Shown here in pieces: positions 37,218 through 47,030 of a stretch of 64,000 nucleotides of DNA. A program made the position numbers and the translations under genes. This DNA is from an uncultured Gemmatimonadales bacterium (GTDB lineage: Bacteria; Gemmatimonadota; Gemmatimonadetes; Gemmatimonadales; GWC2-71-9). The number at the start of each line of letters is the position of its first letter. The stretch's first letter is position 1. Below the pieces are notes generated by a model, which saw only the letters and a program-made list of their open reading frames with translations, made no database searches and was not told the origin of the DNA. Location of the stretch: contig CAVSLV010000002.1 of NCBI GenBank assembly GCA_963728915.1, positions 415,655-479,654 of the forward strand, read 5' to 3'.

Positions 37218-39008
37218 GTGTTCCTTCGTGAGCCCCAGGCAGGTACCAGCTACGACGTCATCGTCGTGGGGTCGGGCGCGGGTGGCGGCATGGCCGCCCT
37301 CCAGCTCGCCGTCGCGGGCCTCAAAGTCCTGGTGCTCGAGGCCGGTCGCTCCTACGATCCGGTGACCGAGACGCCGATGTTCAATCTCCCCAAGGACGCT
37401 CCGCTCCGCGGCGGTGGCACGCGGGAGAAACCCTTCGGCTTCTTCGATGCGACGGTGGACGGAGGCTGGGAGGTTCCCGGCGAGCCGTACACGGTGGCGC
37501 CCGGGAGCGAATTCCGCTGGTGGCGGGCCCGGATGCTCGGCGGACGCACCAATCACTGGGGCCGGATCTCGCTCCGCATGGGCCCCTACGATTTCAAGCC
37601 GAAGACCCGCGACGGGCTGGGCGCCGACTGGCCGATGACCTACGACGACCTCGCGCCCTATTACGACAAGACCGAGCTCCTGGTGGGTATCTACGGGAGT
37701 AACGAGGGTCTCGAGAATACTCCGGATTCATCGCCCGGAGTCCTTCTGCCTCCGCCCGCCGCGCGTCCCAACGAGCTGCTCACCGGGAAAGCCTGCAAGC
37801 CGATGGGGATTCCGGTGATCCCGGCCCACCGGGCGGTGCTTTCGGTCAAGCAGGACGGGGCCGCGCTCGCGCGAAAGCTCTTCCCGGACAACGCGCTCGC
37901 CCGCAGGGTCGTGGCCCAGTCCGCCAACAGCCGGGGAGCCTGCTTCTGGGCGACGGAGTGCGGTCGAGGCTGTTCGATCAAGGCAAACTTCCAGTCGACG
38001 ACCGTGCTGATTCCGCCGGCGACGGCGACCGGCAACTGTCACATCGTACCGGACGCGATGGTGCGCGAGATCACGCTCGACCAGAACGGCAAGGCGACCG
38101 GGGTGAGCTACATCGACAAGCGCACCCGGGCCGACCGGCATGCCAGCGCGAAAGTGGTGGTGCTGGCCGCGAGTGCCTGCGAGACCGCGCGGATCCTGCT
38201 CAACTCGAAGAGCAGCCAGTTCCCCAACGGGGTCTCCAATGGCAGCGGGTTAGTCGGGAAGTACCTGATGGATACGGTCGGCGCCGGGCTGGGCGGCCAG
38301 ATCCCGCTGCTCGAGAACCTGCCACCCTATCACTACGAAGGCGCCGGTGGCATCCATATGTACATGCCCTGGTGGCTCTATCAGGAGCAGCTTGCCGGCA
38401 AGCTCGGCTTTGCCCGGGGCTATCACGTCGAGTTCGGGGGCGGGAAATCGATGCCGGGCCCCGGCATTTTCGCGGGACTGGAAGAATTCACGCAGGGCGC
38501 CTACGGAAAGCGATTCAAGGAAGAAGCCCGTCGCTACTACGGCTCGTTCGTCTGGTTCGACGGACGGGGCGAGATGATCCCCAACGAGGACAGCTACTGC
38601 GAGCTGGATCCCGGCGTGGTGGATCAGTGGGGCATCCCGGTGCTCCGGTTCCACTGGAAGTGGTCCGATCATGAGACCCGGCAGGCCGCGCACATGCAGA
38701 AGACCTTCGCCGCGATCATCGAGGCCATGGGCGGAAAGGTGAGCGGGAAAGTGGAAGCCGATGGCGCCAGGGCGATCGCCCGGGGCGGGCAGATCATCCA
38801 CGAGGTGGGGACCTGCCGGATGGGCGACGATCCCCAAAGCTCGGTGCTCAATCAGTGGGGCCAATCGTGGGACGTGAAGAACCTGTTCGTCGCCGATGGC
38901 GCATCGTTCGTCTCCAATGCCGACAAGAATCCGACCCTGTCGATCCTGGCGCTGGCGTGGCGGACGTCAGATTACATCGTCGAGCAGATGAAGCGGGGTG
39001 ACCTGTGA
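37218..39008 (+). CDS. GMC family oxidoreductase
   Basis: VGSGAGGG, GGRTNHWG, HEVGTCRMG and NPTLSI motifs. Confidence 0.94.
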   Translation: MFLREPQAGTSYDVIVVGSGAGGGMAALQLAVAGLKVLVLEAGRSYDPVTETPMFNLPKDAPLRGGGTREKPFGFFDATVDGGWEVPGEPYTVAPGSEFRWWRARMLGGRTNHWGRISLRMGPYDFKPKTRDGLGADWPMTYDDLAPYYDKTELLVGIYGSNEGLENTPDSSPGVLLPPPAARPNELLTGKACKPMGIPVIPAHRAVLSVKQDGAALARKLFPDNALARRVVAQSANSRGACFWATECGRGCSIKANFQSTTVLIPPATATGNCHIVPDAMVREITLDQNGKATGVSYIDKRTRADRHASAKVVVLAASACETARILLNSKSSQFPNGVSNGSGLVGKYLMDTVGAGLGGQIPLLENLPPYHYEGAGGIHMYMPWWLYQEQLAGKLGFARGYHVEFGGGKSMPGPGIFAGLEEFTQGAYGKRFKEEARRYYGSFVWFDGRGEMIPNEDSYCELDPGVVDQWGIPVLRFHWKWSDHETRQAAHMQKTFAAIIEAMGGKVSGKVEADGARAIARGGQIIHEVGTCRMGDDPQSSVLNQWGQSWDVKNLFVADGASFVSNADKNPTLSILALAWRTSDYIVEQMKRGDL

Positions 39009-39688
39009 GCGAACCCCCCAAGGAACCGGTGTCTGCCGTGGGTGGGAGCACGATCCCAAGGCGCGACGCCCTGAAAGCGATCGCGGCCGCCGCCGGCGCG
39101 CTGCCAGTGCTGAATGGGGCCATCGAAGCGCAGCAACAGGGCCCCACACCGGTCCGTCAGTCCGCCAGCCCGCGGGTCGGACCGAGAGGCGGTCCCTGGG
39201 ATCCCGATCTGATCCACTCCCGGCCGGGCGCCTGGCCCCGCAAACTGAGCGCGAGCGAGCTCATCACGCTGGCCGCCCTCTGCGACGTGATCATCCCGGC
39301 CGACAGCAAGAGCCCGAGCGCCAGCGCGGTCGGGGTGCCGGCCTGGATCAATGAATACGTGAGCTTCGAGGGGAATCAGAATGCCCTGGTCCGGCTCCGG
39401 GGCGGGCTCATGTGGCTCAACCTCGAGAGCAACAAACGGTTCGGTCGCCCGTTCGTCCGGCTCACCGCGGCCGAAAAGACCCAGATCTGCGACGACATCT
39501 GCTACCTCCCCAACGCCAAGCCGGAACTCCGGCCCGGGGCGCTGCTCTTCGACCAGGTACGCGATCTCAGCGCGGTGGGATTCTATACCACCCGGGAAGG
39601 GATGCAGGACCTCGGCTACATCGGCAATGTGGCGCTGCCCAGGTTTCCCGAGGTGAGTGCGGAGATCCGCGCCCGCCTTGGTGTCTGA
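39005..39688 (+). CDS. Gluconate 2-dehydrogenase subunit 3 family protein (Tat)
   Basis: RRDALK Tat motif; GFYTT...DLGYIGN. Confidence 0.88.
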   Translation: MSEPPKEPVSAVGGSTIPRRDALKAIAAAAGALPVLNGAIEAQQQGPTPVRQSASPRVGPRGGPWDPDLIHSRPGAWPRKLSASELITLAALCDVIIPADSKSPSASAVGVPAWINEYVSFEGNQNALVRLRGGLMWLNLESNKRFGRPFVRLTAAEKTQICDDICYLPNAKPELRPGALLFDQVRDLSAVGFYTTREGMQDLGYIGNVALPRFPEVSAEIRARLGV

Positions 39689-39690
39689 CT

Positions 39691-40341
39691 CTAACGCTCG
39701 CGAAGCCCACGAACGATCGCCGCGACGTCACCCCGCGAGTGAATCTCCCGGACCCCCGTCTCCCGGACGATCCGGGCCACGTTGTGCCCCCGGATGCCCC
39801 CGCCCGCCAGAATCCCGATGCGATCTGCCGCCTGCCGCACCAGGGTCGCTAACCCGCTGATGCCGGCTTCCGCAGTGGGCGCATGCCCTGAGGTGAGGAC
39901 CCGGTCCACGCCCAGCTCGATCAACGTTTCGAGCGCGGCATGGGGATCGGCACCCGCATCGAACGCCCGATGGAAGGTGAAGGACAGCGGGCGAGCCGCC
40001 TGGAGCAACCGCCCGGTCGCCACGCGGTCCACTGCTCCCCTGGGCGTGAGCGCGCCGGTCACGACTCCGTGGACGCCGATTGCCTCGAGCCGGTCGATCA
40101 CCCGGATCATCGGCGCCAGCTCTTCCGCCGGGAACACGAAGTTGCCGTCGCGGGGGCGCACCAGGACGTGCACCGGGACCGGGCTCGCGCGGGTTACGAT
40201 CTCGACCAGGCGCAGGTCCGGCGTGACCCCGCCGGCCACCCGGAAGTCACAGAGCTCCAGCCGGTTCGCTCCCGCGGCGATCGCCGCCAGGGCGGCCTCC
40301 TGGCTGTCGACGCAGGCCTCGATGAACACACCATGGACCAT
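39691..40341 (-). CDS. cutC: CutC family protein
   Basis: EACVDS, GANRLELC, RPRDGNF, TFHRAFD and RVLTSG motifs. Confidence 0.92.
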   Translation of the reverse strand: MVHGVFIEACVDSQEAALAAIAAGANRLELCDFRVAGGVTPDLRLVEIVTRASPVPVHVLVRPRDGNFVFPAEELAPMIRVIDRLEAIGVHGVVTGALTPRGAVDRVATGRLLQAARPLSFTFHRAFDAGADPHAALETLIELGVDRVLTSGHAPTAEAGISGLATLVRQAADRIGILAGGGIRGHNVARIVRETGVREIHSRGDVAAIVRGLRER

Positions 40342-40399
40342 GACGCTGGAAGCTACTCCGAACCCCTCGCCCCTCATCCCTCACCCCTAGCACCTACCG

Positions 40400-40876
40400 A
40401 TGCGCGCCCTTCACCTCGTCATCACCCGCTCCCGCGAGGTCCGCCACGGCGAGCCGGTGTTCGCCGGGAGCCGGGTGCCGGTTCGTGCCCTGATCGACCA
40501 CCTGGACCGGGGCAAGTCGCTCGACACGTTTCTCGAGGCTCACCCTGAAATCCTCCGTGACGCGGCGGAACAGGCGCTGGCACTTGGGCTCGAATCCCTG
40601 CTCAAGACCATTCCCCTGGAGCCCGCGCCAAGCCAGGCTTCGCTGCTGCCGCGACAGAACGAGAGCGGCGTTATTCTCAATGCGGAGGAGCTCACGGCGG
40701 GTCTGGTGACCGGAAAACGGGTCCGGTGTCCGGCCTGCCGCTCGCTGATCTTCCAATCCTGGCCCGAGGGCTGGGACGCGCACGCCGCCACCCGCTGCCG
40801 GGGGCTCTCCGGTACGCAGCCGGGGGCGCGAAAATCCGAATTCAAGCGGCGGTTCGCGCACCTGTTCCGCGGGTGA
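40400..40876 (+). CDS. DUF433 domain fused to a putative zinc finger
   Basis: GEPVFAGSRVPV; CPAC...H...C. Confidence 0.75.
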   Translation: MRALHLVITRSREVRHGEPVFAGSRVPVRALIDHLDRGKSLDTFLEAHPEILRDAAEQALALGLESLLKTIPLEPAPSQASLLPRQNESGVILNAEELTAGLVTGKRVRCPACRSLIFQSWPEGWDAHAATRCRGLSGTQPGARKSEFKRRFAHLFRG

Positions 40877-40887
40877 GGGTCCGCCAG

Positions 40888-43692
40888 ATGGGAAGTCTCA
40901 TGTCGTCGTGGTCTCGATTTGCTCTCGGTTTGCTCCTCCTCGTTCCAGCGCCGGTCGTCGCCCAGACCGACTCGCTCCTCCCCGTCGATTCCGCGGTGAC
41001 GGTGGGCCGCCTGCCCAACGGGCTCCACTACTACATCCGCGCCAACCACCGCCCCGAGAAGCGGGCCGAGCTGCGACTGGTGGTCAATGCAGGGTCCATC
41101 CTGGAGGACAGCGACCAGCGCGGGCTGGCCCATTTCGTCGAGCACATGGCGTTCAACGGCACCCGCCATTTCGCCAAGCAGGAGCTGGTCGACTACATCG
41201 AGTCCATCGGAATGCGCTTCGGCGCGGATCTGAACGCCTACACCAGCTTCGACGAGACGGTCTACCAGCTTCAGGTGCCCACCGATAGCGCCGTCATCGT
41301 GGATCGCGCGTTCCAGATCCTGGAGGACTGGGCCCACGAGCTCAGCTTCGACACCACGGAAATCCGGAAAGAGCGCGGGGTGGTGCTGGAGGAGTGGCGG
41401 CTGGGCCGCGGGGCCGGCCAGCGGATGCTGGACAAGCACCTCCCGATTCTGTTCGGTGCCTCGCCATACGCCCAGCGCATGCCGATCGGTACCCCGGAGT
41501 GCATCCAGCAATGCCCCGGTGCGGCGATCAGGCGTTTCTACAATACCTGGTACCGTCCCGACCTGATGGCGGTAGTGGCGGTTGGCGATTTCGATCCCCG
41601 CCAGATCGAAGCCCTGATCCGGAAAGACTTCGGTCCCGTTCCCGAGCCGGCCGCGCCCCGGCCCCGGACCCTCGCCGAGGTGCCCCCGCGGAAGGCGCCG
41701 GCGGTCTCGATCGCCACCGATCCTGAGGCGACCGGCACCAATGTCTGGGTGTACCTGGTCGGCCCGAAGACCCCGGGAGGGACGACCGCGAGCTGGCGCG
41801 CCGATCTTCTGGAAGGCCTCGCCAGCAGCATCCTGAACGAGCGGCTCTGGGAGCTGGCCCAGCAGCCTAACCCGCCCTTCATCCAGGCGGGAGTGGGCCG
41901 GAGCAGCCTGGTGCGCACCGCCGATGCATTCAGCTTCGGGGCGATGGTGCCCGACAGCGGGGTCCGGCGCGGTCTGACCGCGATTCTCACCGAGCTCGAG
42001 CGGGCCGGTCGTCACGGCTTTACCCGGGGCGAGCTGGACCGGGCCCGAAGCGACTACCTCCGGGGGATGGAGCAGGCCTACGCCGAACGAGACAAGACCG
42101 AGTCGGACGCGATGGTCGGCGACTACGTCTCGAACTTCCTGACCGGGGAGGGAATTCCCGGGATCTCGTACGAATACTTCCGGGCCAAAGCGGTCATGCC
42201 GGGCATCGAGCTGGAAGAGCTCGATTCCCTGGCGCGGGGCTGGCTCGCGGACGGGGCGCCGGTGATCCTGGTGAATACTCCGGAAAAGAACCGCGCGGCG
42301 GTTCCGTCGTCGCAGGACCTGCTGGGCCTGTTTGCTGCGGTCCAGGGGAGCGATATCGCGGCGTACCAGGAAACCGTCTCCGACGAAGACCTGGTCGCGG
42401 TCCCCCCCACCCCGGGGAAGATCGTCGCGGAGCGGCGCGACACGACACTCCAGACCGTCGAGTGGACCCTCGGCAACGGGGCGAAGGTGATCATCAAGCC
42501 GACCGACTTCAAGGCCGACGAGCTGCTCTTTCAGGGAAGCGGGCCGGGCGGCCTCTCGCTTGCGCCCGACAGCATCCTCACCTCGGCGCGCTTCGCGGCC
42601 CAGATCGTGGACCTGAGCGGGGCCGGATCATTCAGCGCGGTCGATCTCCAGAAGAAGCTCGCCGGAAAGGCCGTGAACATCTCCCCCTATATCGGAGGAT
42701 ACGAACAGGGACTGGGAGGCCAGGCCTCTCCCCGGGACGCGGAGACGCTGCTCCAGCTCGCCTACCTCTATTTCACCGCGCCGAGGGTCGATTCGGGTGC
42801 GGTGCAGGCGTTTCTTGGCAACGCCCGCGCGGCCCTCGCCAACCGGAGCGCGAGCCCCGAGTCGGCCTTCCAGGACACCCTCTCGGTAACGCTCTCCCAG
42901 CACCATCCCTGGAGCAAGCCGATCAGCGCCGCCACCGTTGACGAAATCCGCCCGGGGGCGGCGTTCGGCTTCTATCGGCAGCGGTTCGCTTCGGTCGCGG
43001 GGTTCACCTTCATCTTCGTGGGGAGCGCAAACCCCGACTCGCTGCGCCCGCTGGTCGAGCGCTATCTGGCCAGCCTGCCCGGGAGCCGCCCGCCGACTCC
43101 CTATCGGGATCCCGGGATCCGGCCGCCGACCGGTGTGGTGGAGCGGACCGTTCGGAAGGGACTCGAACCCAAGAGCCAGACCGCGCTGGTCTTTTCCGGG
43201 CCGGCCGAAGTGAGCCTCGGCGAGCGCTGGATCCTGAGTGCGCTGGGCGAGGTGCTGGAGATCCGGCTTCGCGAGGAGCTGCGCGAGGAGCTTTCCGGCA
43301 CCTACAGCGTCAGCGTCGGACCCAGCCTGGCCAGAATTCCGCACCCGCAGTACTCGGTGAGCATCCGGTTCGGATCGGATCCGGGGCGGGCGGATTCGCT
43401 GGTCCGGGTGATCTTTCGCGAAATCGATTCGCTCAAGACCAGCGGCCCCAAACCCGCCGATCTCGCCAAGGTGAAGGAGAGCTTTACCAGGAGCCGGGAG
43501 ACCGCACTCAGGGAAAATGGCTGGTGGCTTTCCCAGCTCTCGCTGGCCGCGAGGGAGGGGGATCCCGCCGCCCCGCCGCTCGAGCCGTTCCTCGCCGCGA
43601 TTACCACGGCGTCGGTGCGTGAAGCCGCCCGCAAGTATCTCGATCCTTCCCGCTTTGTGCGGGTGACCCTTTTCCCCCAGTTGAACCCATGA
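40888..43692 (+). CDS. M16 family zinc protease (PqqL-like)
   Basis: Signal peptide; HFVEH and NAYTSFDETVY motifs. Confidence 0.94.
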   Translation: MGSLMSSWSRFALGLLLLVPAPVVAQTDSLLPVDSAVTVGRLPNGLHYYIRANHRPEKRAELRLVVNAGSILEDSDQRGLAHFVEHMAFNGTRHFAKQELVDYIESIGMRFGADLNAYTSFDETVYQLQVPTDSAVIVDRAFQILEDWAHELSFDTTEIRKERGVVLEEWRLGRGAGQRMLDKHLPILFGASPYAQRMPIGTPECIQQCPGAAIRRFYNTWYRPDLMAVVAVGDFDPRQIEALIRKDFGPVPEPAAPRPRTLAEVPPRKAPAVSIATDPEATGTNVWVYLVGPKTPGGTTASWRADLLEGLASSILNERLWELAQQPNPPFIQAGVGRSSLVRTADAFSFGAMVPDSGVRRGLTAILTELERAGRHGFTRGELDRARSDYLRGMEQAYAERDKTESDAMVGDYVSNFLTGEGIPGISYEYFRAKAVMPGIELEELDSLARGWLADGAPVILVNTPEKNRAAVPSSQDLLGLFAAVQGSDIAAYQETVSDEDLVAVPPTPGKIVAERRDTTLQTVEWTLGNGAKVIIKPTDFKADELLFQGSGPGGLSLAPDSILTSARFAAQIVDLSGAGSFSAVDLQKKLAGKAVNISPYIGGYEQGLGGQASPRDAETLLQLAYLYFTAPRVDSGAVQAFLGNARAALANRSASPESAFQDTLSVTLSQHHPWSKPISAATVDEIRPGAAFGFYRQRFASVAGFTFIFVGSANPDSLRPLVERYLASLPGSRPPTPYRDPGIRPPTGVVERTVRKGLEPKSQTALVFSGPAEVSLGERWILSALGEVLEIRLREELREELSGTYSVSVGPSLARIPHPQYSVSIRFGSDPGRADSLVRVIFREIDSLKTSGPKPADLAKVKESFTRSRETALRENGWWLSQLSLAAREGDPAAPPLEPFLAAITTASVREAARKYLDPSRFVRVTLFPQLNP

Positions 43693-45329
43693 TCACGTTG
43701 ACGCTCCTGGCGCTGCTGTCGGTCCATCAGGTCGGCGACTCCGCACTCGCCGTGAGGATCGATTCGGTCTTCGCCGGCGTGAACCGCGCCACCACCCCGG
43801 GATGCGCCGTGGGGGTGGACCGCGGCGGGATGCCGGTGGTCCGGCGCGCCTACGGCATGGCGAACCTCGAGACCGGGACGCCGTGGACTCCGGAGACCCT
43901 CTCGGAGAGCGGCTCCGTGGCCAAGCAGTTCACCGCCACCGGGCTGGTCCTCCTCGCCATGGACGGGAAGCTCTCGCTCGACGACGACATCACCAGATGG
44001 GTTCCCGAAGCGAAGGGGTTCGGGAAGCGGATCACGATCCGGCATCTCCTGACCCATACCAGCGGCATTCCCGATCGCTACACGCTCCACGAGGTGGAAG
44101 GCCGTCCCGCGGGAGAAACCGATCACAACAACGCCGAAGTGATGGACATCGTCTCCCACCTCCGCGAGCTCAACTTCGATCCCGGCGAGGACTACCTCTA
44201 CAGCAACACCAACTACGTCATCGCCGCCGCGATTCTGGAGCGGGTGTCCGGCATGACCCTCCAGCAATTCACCGCCGCGCGGATCTTCCGGCCGATCGGC
44301 ATGACCGACACCCGATGGCGCGAGGATCATCGCACCGTGGTGCCGGGTCGAGCCTCCGCGTACACGGGAAATCTCTCCCGCAACGTCTGGCAGAACGATC
44401 ATCCCTTCACCAGGGTGATCGGCGCGGGCGGGCTGCTCACCACGGTGGGCGATTTTCTGAAGTGGGAAGCCGCGCTCCAGCAGGGCGGGGCCCCCTGGGG
44501 GGCGGTGCGCGATTCGCTCGAGCACATGGGGCGCCTCAATGACGGCACCGTGCTCACCTATGGACTTGGCGTTGGGGCGGATACCTGGCGAGGAGTGCAC
44601 CGGGTCAGCCACGGCGGTTCGACCGGGGGTTACCGCGCCGTGCTCCAGCGCTACCCCGACCAGAAGGTCGCCATCGCGATCCTCTGCAACGGCGGCGGCG
44701 CGGTTCCCGGCGACCTGGGGCCCCGGGTCGCCTCGCTGGTTCTGGGGAGCGCCCTGGCCGGCGTGCCCACCGATCCCGCCCCGATGCCGGGCGATGGAGT
44801 GGACCTGACCCGCTATGTGGGCGCCTATCGCGCGCCGCGGACCGACGAAGTCATGGTGCTCTATCTCCGCAACGGACAGCTGGTGGACAGCGCGGCCAAC
44901 AACGCCGTCCTGATCCCGATCGAGGCGGGCAAATTCGCGTTCCGGGGAGGCGCCCGCACCCTGAACGAAGTGCCCGGTGGGACCGGTCCGCCGCACCTCC
45001 GGCTCGAGGCGCCCAATCTTCGCGCGGTGGAGTACGAGATGGTGTCCCGGCCGCCCCTCACCCCCGCGCTCCGGGCGAGCTACCTCGGCCCCTACCGGAG
45101 CCCGGAGCTCGGCGCGGAATTCCGGGTCGTGGCGGACGGCGAGTATCTCCGGATCGCCCAGGCGGCGTGGGAGCGGCCCACCACCCTCCAGCCGCTCTAC
45201 CAGGACGGATTTCGCGCCGGCGGGTTAGGAAACCTCCGGTTCACCCGCGACGGACGGGGCCGCATCACCGGGTTCGTGCTCTGGGCCGGGAGAGTCCGAC
45301 ACCTCCGATTCGACAAGGTGACCCCATGA
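43689..45329 (+). CDS. Serine hydrolase (beta-lactamase/AmpC-like)
   Basis: SVAK, LLTHTSG, YSN and HGG motifs. Confidence 0.92.
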   Translation: MITLTLLALLSVHQVGDSALAVRIDSVFAGVNRATTPGCAVGVDRGGMPVVRRAYGMANLETGTPWTPETLSESGSVAKQFTATGLVLLAMDGKLSLDDDITRWVPEAKGFGKRITIRHLLTHTSGIPDRYTLHEVEGRPAGETDHNNAEVMDIVSHLRELNFDPGEDYLYSNTNYVIAAAILERVSGMTLQQFTAARIFRPIGMTDTRWREDHRTVVPGRASAYTGNLSRNVWQNDHPFTRVIGAGGLLTTVGDFLKWEAALQQGGAPWGAVRDSLEHMGRLNDGTVLTYGLGVGADTWRGVHRVSHGGSTGGYRAVLQRYPDQKVAIAILCNGGGAVPGDLGPRVASLVLGSALAGVPTDPAPMPGDGVDLTRYVGAYRAPRTDEVMVLYLRNGQLVDSAANNAVLIPIEAGKFAFRGGARTLNEVPGGTGPPHLRLEAPNLRAVEYEMVSRPPLTPALRASYLGPYRSPELGAEFRVVADGEYLRIAQAAWERPTTLQPLYQDGFRAGGLGNLRFTRDGRGRITGFVLWAGRVRHLRFDKVTP

Positions 45330-45853
45330 CCTCGCCAGCCTACCAGCGCCCCGCCCCGGGCGAGTTCGCCGAATTCTACGCCGGGTATATCGCGATGGTT
45401 CCGGACGGGGATCTGGTCGCGACCCTCGAGCGAACCGGCCGCGAGCTGGTCACCATGCTCCGAGGGGTCCCCGAGCCTCGGGGCGATTTCGCCTATGCCC
45501 CGGGAAAGTGGACCCTCAAGGAAGTAATCGGTCACCTCTCCGACGCCGAGCGGGTCTTCGGCTATCGCGCCGTCCGGATCGCGCGGGGGGACACGGTGGC
45601 CCTGCCGGGTTTCGACGAGAATGCCTGGGTGCCGATGTCGGGGGCGGGGAAGCGCACCATGCGGGACCTGATCGACGAGTTCGAGGCGATCCGCGCGGCC
45701 AGCGTCGCCCTGTTCCGGTCACTCACCCCGGAGGCGGTGGCGCGGCGAGGTACCGCGAGCAACAAGGAGATCACGGTGCGCGCCATCGCCTGGATCACCG
45801 CCGGCCACCCGCTTCACCATGGCCGGATCATCCGTGAGAAATACCTCGGCTGA
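45326..45853 (+). CDS. DinB family protein
   Basis: YAPGKWTLKEVIGH and GHPLHH motifs. Confidence 0.88.
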   Translation: MTSPAYQRPAPGEFAEFYAGYIAMVPDGDLVATLERTGRELVTMLRGVPEPRGDFAYAPGKWTLKEVIGHLSDAERVFGYRAVRIARGDTVALPGFDENAWVPMSGAGKRTMRDLIDEFEAIRAASVALFRSLTPEAVARRGTASNKEITVRAIAWITAGHPLHHGRIIREKYLG

Positions 45854-46924
45854 TCAGCTCTTCCGGCAGGGCTCCTCGAAGACGTCCTTGACCTTCTTCG
45901 GGTCGTCGATCTCCTTGTAGAACTTGCCGAGGTAGTCCGCCGCCTCCTGATAGCGCTGGGGGGTCATCGCCTTGATTCCCCGCAGGGTGCCGAGCAGGGA
46001 ATCCTTCTTGGTGCGAAACATCCCCAGCACCTCGGTCAGCAGCTCGGGCTGGTAGCACACCGCGCCGCGATACAGCCGGTCGGTGACCCGGGTGAGGTGA
46101 TAGCGCTCCGCCAGTCTGGCATCCGGGAAGGCGTAAGGCGCGTTGACCAGGCCGGACCAGTCGAAGTCGTAGGCGATCGCGCTGAACTGCCCGACCGAGT
46201 CCTGGGACATGATCCGGTAATTGTGCAGGGCATACACCGAGAAATCGGTGTTCCCGATGAAGTACTGGAACACGTCATTGATCGCCATCTGGCGGGGCTC
46301 CATGATGCTTCCCGTGCCCCCCTGCTGCATCACGATCTTGCCCCCGAACTCCTTGACCAGGTCGTCCTGATCCTGAAACCAGATCCCCGGCTGGGTGGTG
46401 GTGAACTTGGGGTTGTTGGGATCCAGCCAGGTCACATTCGCGAGCCGGACCTTGAGGCTCATCGGGGTGAGCAGATTGTACATCCGGTTGGTGGCGTACT
46501 CCACATAGGTGTTCTGGATGTAGCGATCGCTGTTCTTGCAATGGGTGCCGAGCTTGAGGGACCCTTCGCCGGCGAAAGGCGTGCCCTTGGTCTCCTCCTT
46601 GTTGAAGGAGACTTTGAGCGGGAGAAAGTCGCAGGTGCGGAGCCGGAAGTGGCCCCGGGTGCTGAGCTGGACGTCCAGCGCCACCGAGTCGCCCTTCTCC
46701 CCCACGAAGCGAAGCTTGGCGGGGTACGTCCTGGTGCTGAGCGAGTCGCGATCTTTGAAGACGGACTTGAAATCGCCCTCCAGCGTCATGACCAGGGGCT
46801 CGTCGGACCGGAACAGCCGGGCGGCCTTGTGGGCCTCCTCCGACTTGCCCCCATCCGACGGCTGGGCGTAGAGCGCAAAGGGGATGGCGAGACCGAGCGG
46901 GATCGAGCGCAGCAGGCTAAGCAT
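45854..46924 (-). CDS. Exported hypothetical protein with CotH-like kinase motifs
   Basis: LKLGTHC, GNTDFS, HNY and YDFD motifs. Confidence 0.75.
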   Translation of the reverse strand: MLSLLRSIPLGLAIPFALYAQPSDGGKSEEAHKAARLFRSDEPLVMTLEGDFKSVFKDRDSLSTRTYPAKLRFVGEKGDSVALDVQLSTRGHFRLRTCDFLPLKVSFNKEETKGTPFAGEGSLKLGTHCKNSDRYIQNTYVEYATNRMYNLLTPMSLKVRLANVTWLDPNNPKFTTTQPGIWFQDQDDLVKEFGGKIVMQQGGTGSIMEPRQMAINDVFQYFIGNTDFSVYALHNYRIMSQDSVGQFSAIAYDFDWSGLVNAPYAFPDARLAERYHLTRVTDRLYRGAVCYQPELLTEVLGMFRTKKDSLLGTLRGIKAMTPQRYQEAADYLGKFYKEIDDPKKVKDVFEEPCRKS

Positions 46925-47030
46925 GAGGGCTCCCTCGAAAACGCGGGATTCGATGATACAACGGGGGGCCGGGAAGCGCGAGAGCCCCGGTCGGTGTTAT
47001 CCTGTTGGTCCGGTTTCCCGTCTCCAGCCC

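Noticed and set aside
40362..40395. Short CCCCTCA-like heptamer run between cutC and DUF433
   Set aside because: Only about four degenerate units; no function can be supported.
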